In this document: one piece after another, positions 35,786 to 39,128 of the stretch | Layout: each line of letters begins with the position of its first letter | Numbering within the stretch: position 1 is the first letter of the stretch | NCBI GenBank assembly: GCA_002633005.1 | Contig: NMRA01001142.1 | Coordinates: 10,639 to 49,766 of the forward strand | Reading direction: 5' to 3' | DNA: 39,128 nt | From: Phoronis australis | Taxonomy: Eukaryota; Animalia; Phoronida | Translations under genes and position numbers: made by a program | Notes under the pieces: generated by a model | Told to the model about the DNA's origin: nothing | The model's input: only the letters and a program-made list of their open reading frames with translations | Databases searched by the model: none

Positions 35786-37539
35786 TTTAAAAATGGCTGC
35801 CAATGTTGTTGATTAAGTGGGCATGCCTGACAGTGTTGACATGGGCTGAACTGTGGTTCTGGCACTAAGTAAATCCGATTATTTCGCTTTGTGAGCCTGA
35901 ATAGCGAGGCAGTCATAGTACAATAGCGATGAAAGTTGGGCTTGAAGTTTCCACTCCCTATGTATATTACTACCTCAGAATGCTGTGCACAACATTGGAC
36001 TGAGAGAAAACGTAGACTTGGCTGCGAAGATATAAAATTGCGACTGGCTTTACGAAGTAATTTCACTTGTCCTGTCTACTTCGTCTGAAAAGTTTACTTT
36101 ATCTTAGACTTTTTGGACTTCGTTGACATTGAAATCACAAGTATTGAGTAAAATATTTCATTCTGTTTCAAATACGTCGGTAGGAGTGTAGACTTCCGTT
36201 TCAAAGTTGTCGACTAAACAAATGGGTTATGTGATATGTTTGTAAATAAGTCCACCTTTTAGAAATAAAGAAGTTGAACAAACCGTTAGTTGTTTGCAAT
36301 ACTGTGCATTACTGTTGAAGTGCGTGGGTAAAAATAAGGTGCACACTAGCCTACGGAGAACATTGACCACTGCGCGGTTCCGGCATGTTTGTTGCAGTTT
36401 TTACACATGCGACCCGTTTAGATTTTCAGATGTGGAGAACACTGAATAATGATTGACTGAAAACCGTTGCTCGACAAAACATCAAGCAAAGCTAGCACAT
36501 TCGAGTAGAACTGGTTTATGGCTGGATGCCACCAAATTTATGTCTCCATTTAAGTGTAAGTTGCCTGCTGATGTAGTCTCTAACACTAGTGACACCCTTG
36601 ACGATTACTTTTGAAACACGTTGTTCCTCAGGTTCTTGACCTACGTTCCCCTTGCAGAAAATGGCCTCCCAGAATGTTTTACAACGTCTACAACAGAGGG
36701 CAGAAGCAGCAGAAGCACTGTTATCCACCTTAAAAAAACAGCTCAACGTAATTAGATCCTCCACTCAGGCTAATGGTCTAATAGGTATGTTGACCTTGAA
36801 GTATTGTTGCAGATTGTCTCATCTATCCATACTTTCTAATTTCTCAATACAGTACTCCCTGCTCAAAAATCTCTAAGGCATATTATTGACAAAAAAGTTA
36901 CTGAAGGTGGCACTGTATATCAGGCAAGACCATGCCATTGGTTTTCAGCACTTAAAAACATTTTATTAGATTTCTTTGGTCCTGCGTATGAGGACCGGCC
37001 TATAGATGTAGTAAAATCTATCACAGTGAAGACTGTCTATAACCTTTCAATACTGAATTCTTCCCAGGTATACTTGGAATTTTCCGCGGAAACGCGGATT
37101 TCCGCTTTTTTCAAATATGCTTTCCGCTTTTCTCATAATATTTCCGCGTAAAAAAAATCAGATTTGATATAAAATTTCCGCGACAAATTCCTTTCTTACC
37201 GCGGGGTTGCAGACGACGTTCACCTCGAAAAGCGGAAGTTGCTCTTTATGTTTCGGAGGAACGTAAATTGTCAACATTGCCGGGGCATCTGGGACAGCGT
37301 GGTGGGATTTTCAATGGCATCTCATGTTATTGTTAAGCGCGGCGACAAATNTTTTTAAAAATGGCTGCCAATGTTGTTGATTAAGTGCGCATGCCTGACA
37401 GTGTTGACATGCGCTGAACTGTGGTTCGGGCACTAAGTAAATACGATTATTTCGCTCTGTGAGCTTGAATAGCGAGGCAGTCATAGTACAATAGCGATGA
37501 AAGTTGGGCTTGAAGTTTCCACTCCCTATGTATATTACT
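35786..37539. repeat. 186-bp dispersed direct repeat (35786-35971 and 37354-37539)
   Basis: TTTAAAAATGGCTGCCAATG..TATATTACT is near-identical in both places. The second copy starts just after N37351. Confidence 0.9.
36661..36784 (+). CDS. AIMP1: First coding exon of probable aminoacyl-tRNA synthetase complex-interacting multifunctional protein 1 (p43/pro-EMAP II)
   Basis: MASQNVLQRLQQRAEAAEALLSTLKKQLNVIR resembles the AIMP1 N-terminal coiled coil (M..AVLKRLEQKGAEADQIIEYLKQQV). Acceptor ccccttgcag| and donor G|GTATGT. The remaining exons were not found in the window. Confidence 0.72.
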
Positions 37540-38099
37540 CCCAGAAATCACCCAGGCAGTACCACGTTGTCTCATCAGGACGGGATAGACATTTCTATAT
37601 GCTAACAATTTATTATACATGTTTCTTGATCTATATATGTATCGCCTGATCACCACGAATCCTCCCTATGCTTTGGCATAACGGTTTGCTCTGCGGCGCC
37701 TTCGGGTCTCTCCGTCCCCTCGCCCCCGCCCCCCGCCTTTTGGGTATCATAAACTGTTTACCCCGAATAATAAAACAATGTGTTTAAATTTTTCTTTTTT
37801 ATCAAAAAAGCCAAAAATAACGTTGTTGCAGAATAGAGTGCCGACACACTGGGGATTTGCTTAGTAGAATTTCGTTATTAACTTTTGTCCAACTGTTTGA
37901 CGGACCAATAGCCTACTAATTGAATACTAAGTGTTTCAAAGTCTCTTTCGATTGTCCACAAAAGGAACAAGAGTCGTCATCCGTAACTTGAATTATTTTT
38001 GAAAATGAGTTAGTAGTCAAAATTCTCGTCAAGAGCCGAAGCCACCTAATTCGTGGATCTCTTGTTGTACGTGTTAAACATCTTCCCGTGAAAAATTAG

Positions 38100-39010
38100 T
38101 TGTGTTTACTTTCAGTTCGTTGGCCCATTATGACTCCGCTTTTGAGACTTCGGAACTGTAATTCAATTGTGTACAGATATGTTGACACCCTCTCCCACCA
38201 CTTTTCAGTTTCATTAAAATCGTTGGCATAACAGGACAATACGCATCAAAACTAACAACTCTATCAGTAGCACATTTCTGTTTGTACTTAAATATCACGG
38301 AAATTAGACTATCAGGGCATGTACTCCATAAAGTTCATTTTGATATCTAAAACATCCACAATAGGTCTATAGTTCAAAATATTACCGTATGGGGAAAACA
38401 AGTCCTTTATAAAGACTATCTAATAATGCTTCTATTGCACCAGTTCCTGTAGAAAATGCTTTTTGCTCCTGCCTGTAGATCACTGCTACATGTAAACCAT
38501 AAAAAGTTGGTTAAGAAAATTATCTGATTTTTGATCTTCAAACAATATCCAAAGGAGATTACACATTCAAAAAAAATCTTTCCAGAAGTGATTGTCAATA
38601 TTAGGCAACTTTATCTTTGGAAAGTCAACTCCATGCTTTGCGAAATTTCTAAATTCAGGAAAAATCAAATGAAACAAACAGGCAGCCTGACTGACCGTTT
38701 ACAAATTTTGTTAACATGTTAATCTTTAAAGCCTTACAGAATGAAAATATGTTAATCCTTCTGATACCTCCTTCATTATAATTACAAACAGCTCGGGAGC
38801 GCTCGTAATCTTGTCACTGCGACCTTGCCAGAGGAATTTAAAAACGTACACTAAGTTCAGTTTTTCTCGAATATGTTTCGAAGGTTGTGGCAAGGATATC
38901 AGAAGATTTGCAATTTTTAAAACCGCTAGCGCCTTGATTACTGTAATCCTCTCGAATGGCGTCAAAATTCTTTTGGACCAATTTCTCAAAATTAATTCAA
39001 TATCTTTCAA
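38100..39010 (-). mobile_element. L1/Tx1-clade LINE ORF2 fragment (post-RT region), decayed, intronic
   Basis: WSKRILTPFERITVIKALA..LLISLPQP..FLWQGRSDKI, then FWKD and LWF..FYRNW motifs, broken by frameshifts. Lower boundary approximate. Confidence 0.8.
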
Positions 39011-39128
39011 TTTCTAGATCACCACTTCTCGGTGGTCGTTTCAAGTTATTCTTCGGTAGCTAACCCACGCCAGTAGCCAGTAGCCAGGGAAGTCACCCCC
39101 AGACATAGGCTAAGCAGGCTTATCGAAC

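Larger units (their letters stand above)
26473..36231 (+). mobile_element. Putative ~9.8-kb P-superfamily DNA transposon carrying two convergent genes
   Basis: Inverted ends CATAACCCATT (11 bp, 15 bp including flanking ATCA) with a shared subterminal GAAGTCTA bracket the transposase and the accessory gene. No clean 7-8-bp TSD, so the boundaries are tentative. Confidence 0.6.

Noticed and set aside
37066-37350. TTCCGC-repeat-rich element starting CAGG
   Set aside because: Probably a MITE end, but it is truncated by N37351 and no partner TIR or TSD could be identified.

Overview
This is AT-rich eukaryotic genomic DNA, most likely from an invertebrate metazoan (GT-AG introns, animal transposon families), with four single-N assembly breaks at 22996, 31929, 33061 and 37351. 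It holds two host genes. The first is a spliced + strand gene (~7993-19552, 5' end unresolved) encoding a Ser/Thr-rich ectodomain, one TM helix, three SH3 domains with Tyr-motif linkers, a long Pro-rich region and a fourth atypical SH3. The second is represented by the first coding exon of a probable AIMP1/p43 gene (36661-36784). Most other recognisable sequence is mobile DNA: a non-autonomous Kolobok element with TTAA TSD carrying THAP and KolX-like remnants (5576-7223); a probable solo LTR; a Harbinger MITE; a 503-bp TRIM whose LTRs contain a tRNA-like Pol III promoter (25419-25921); a ~9.8-kb decayed P-superfamily element with a THAP-less transposase and a convergent C2H2-zinc-finger accessory gene, itself hit by the same Kolobok family; and LINE fragments. 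All calls come from reading the sequence by eye; no database searches were run.
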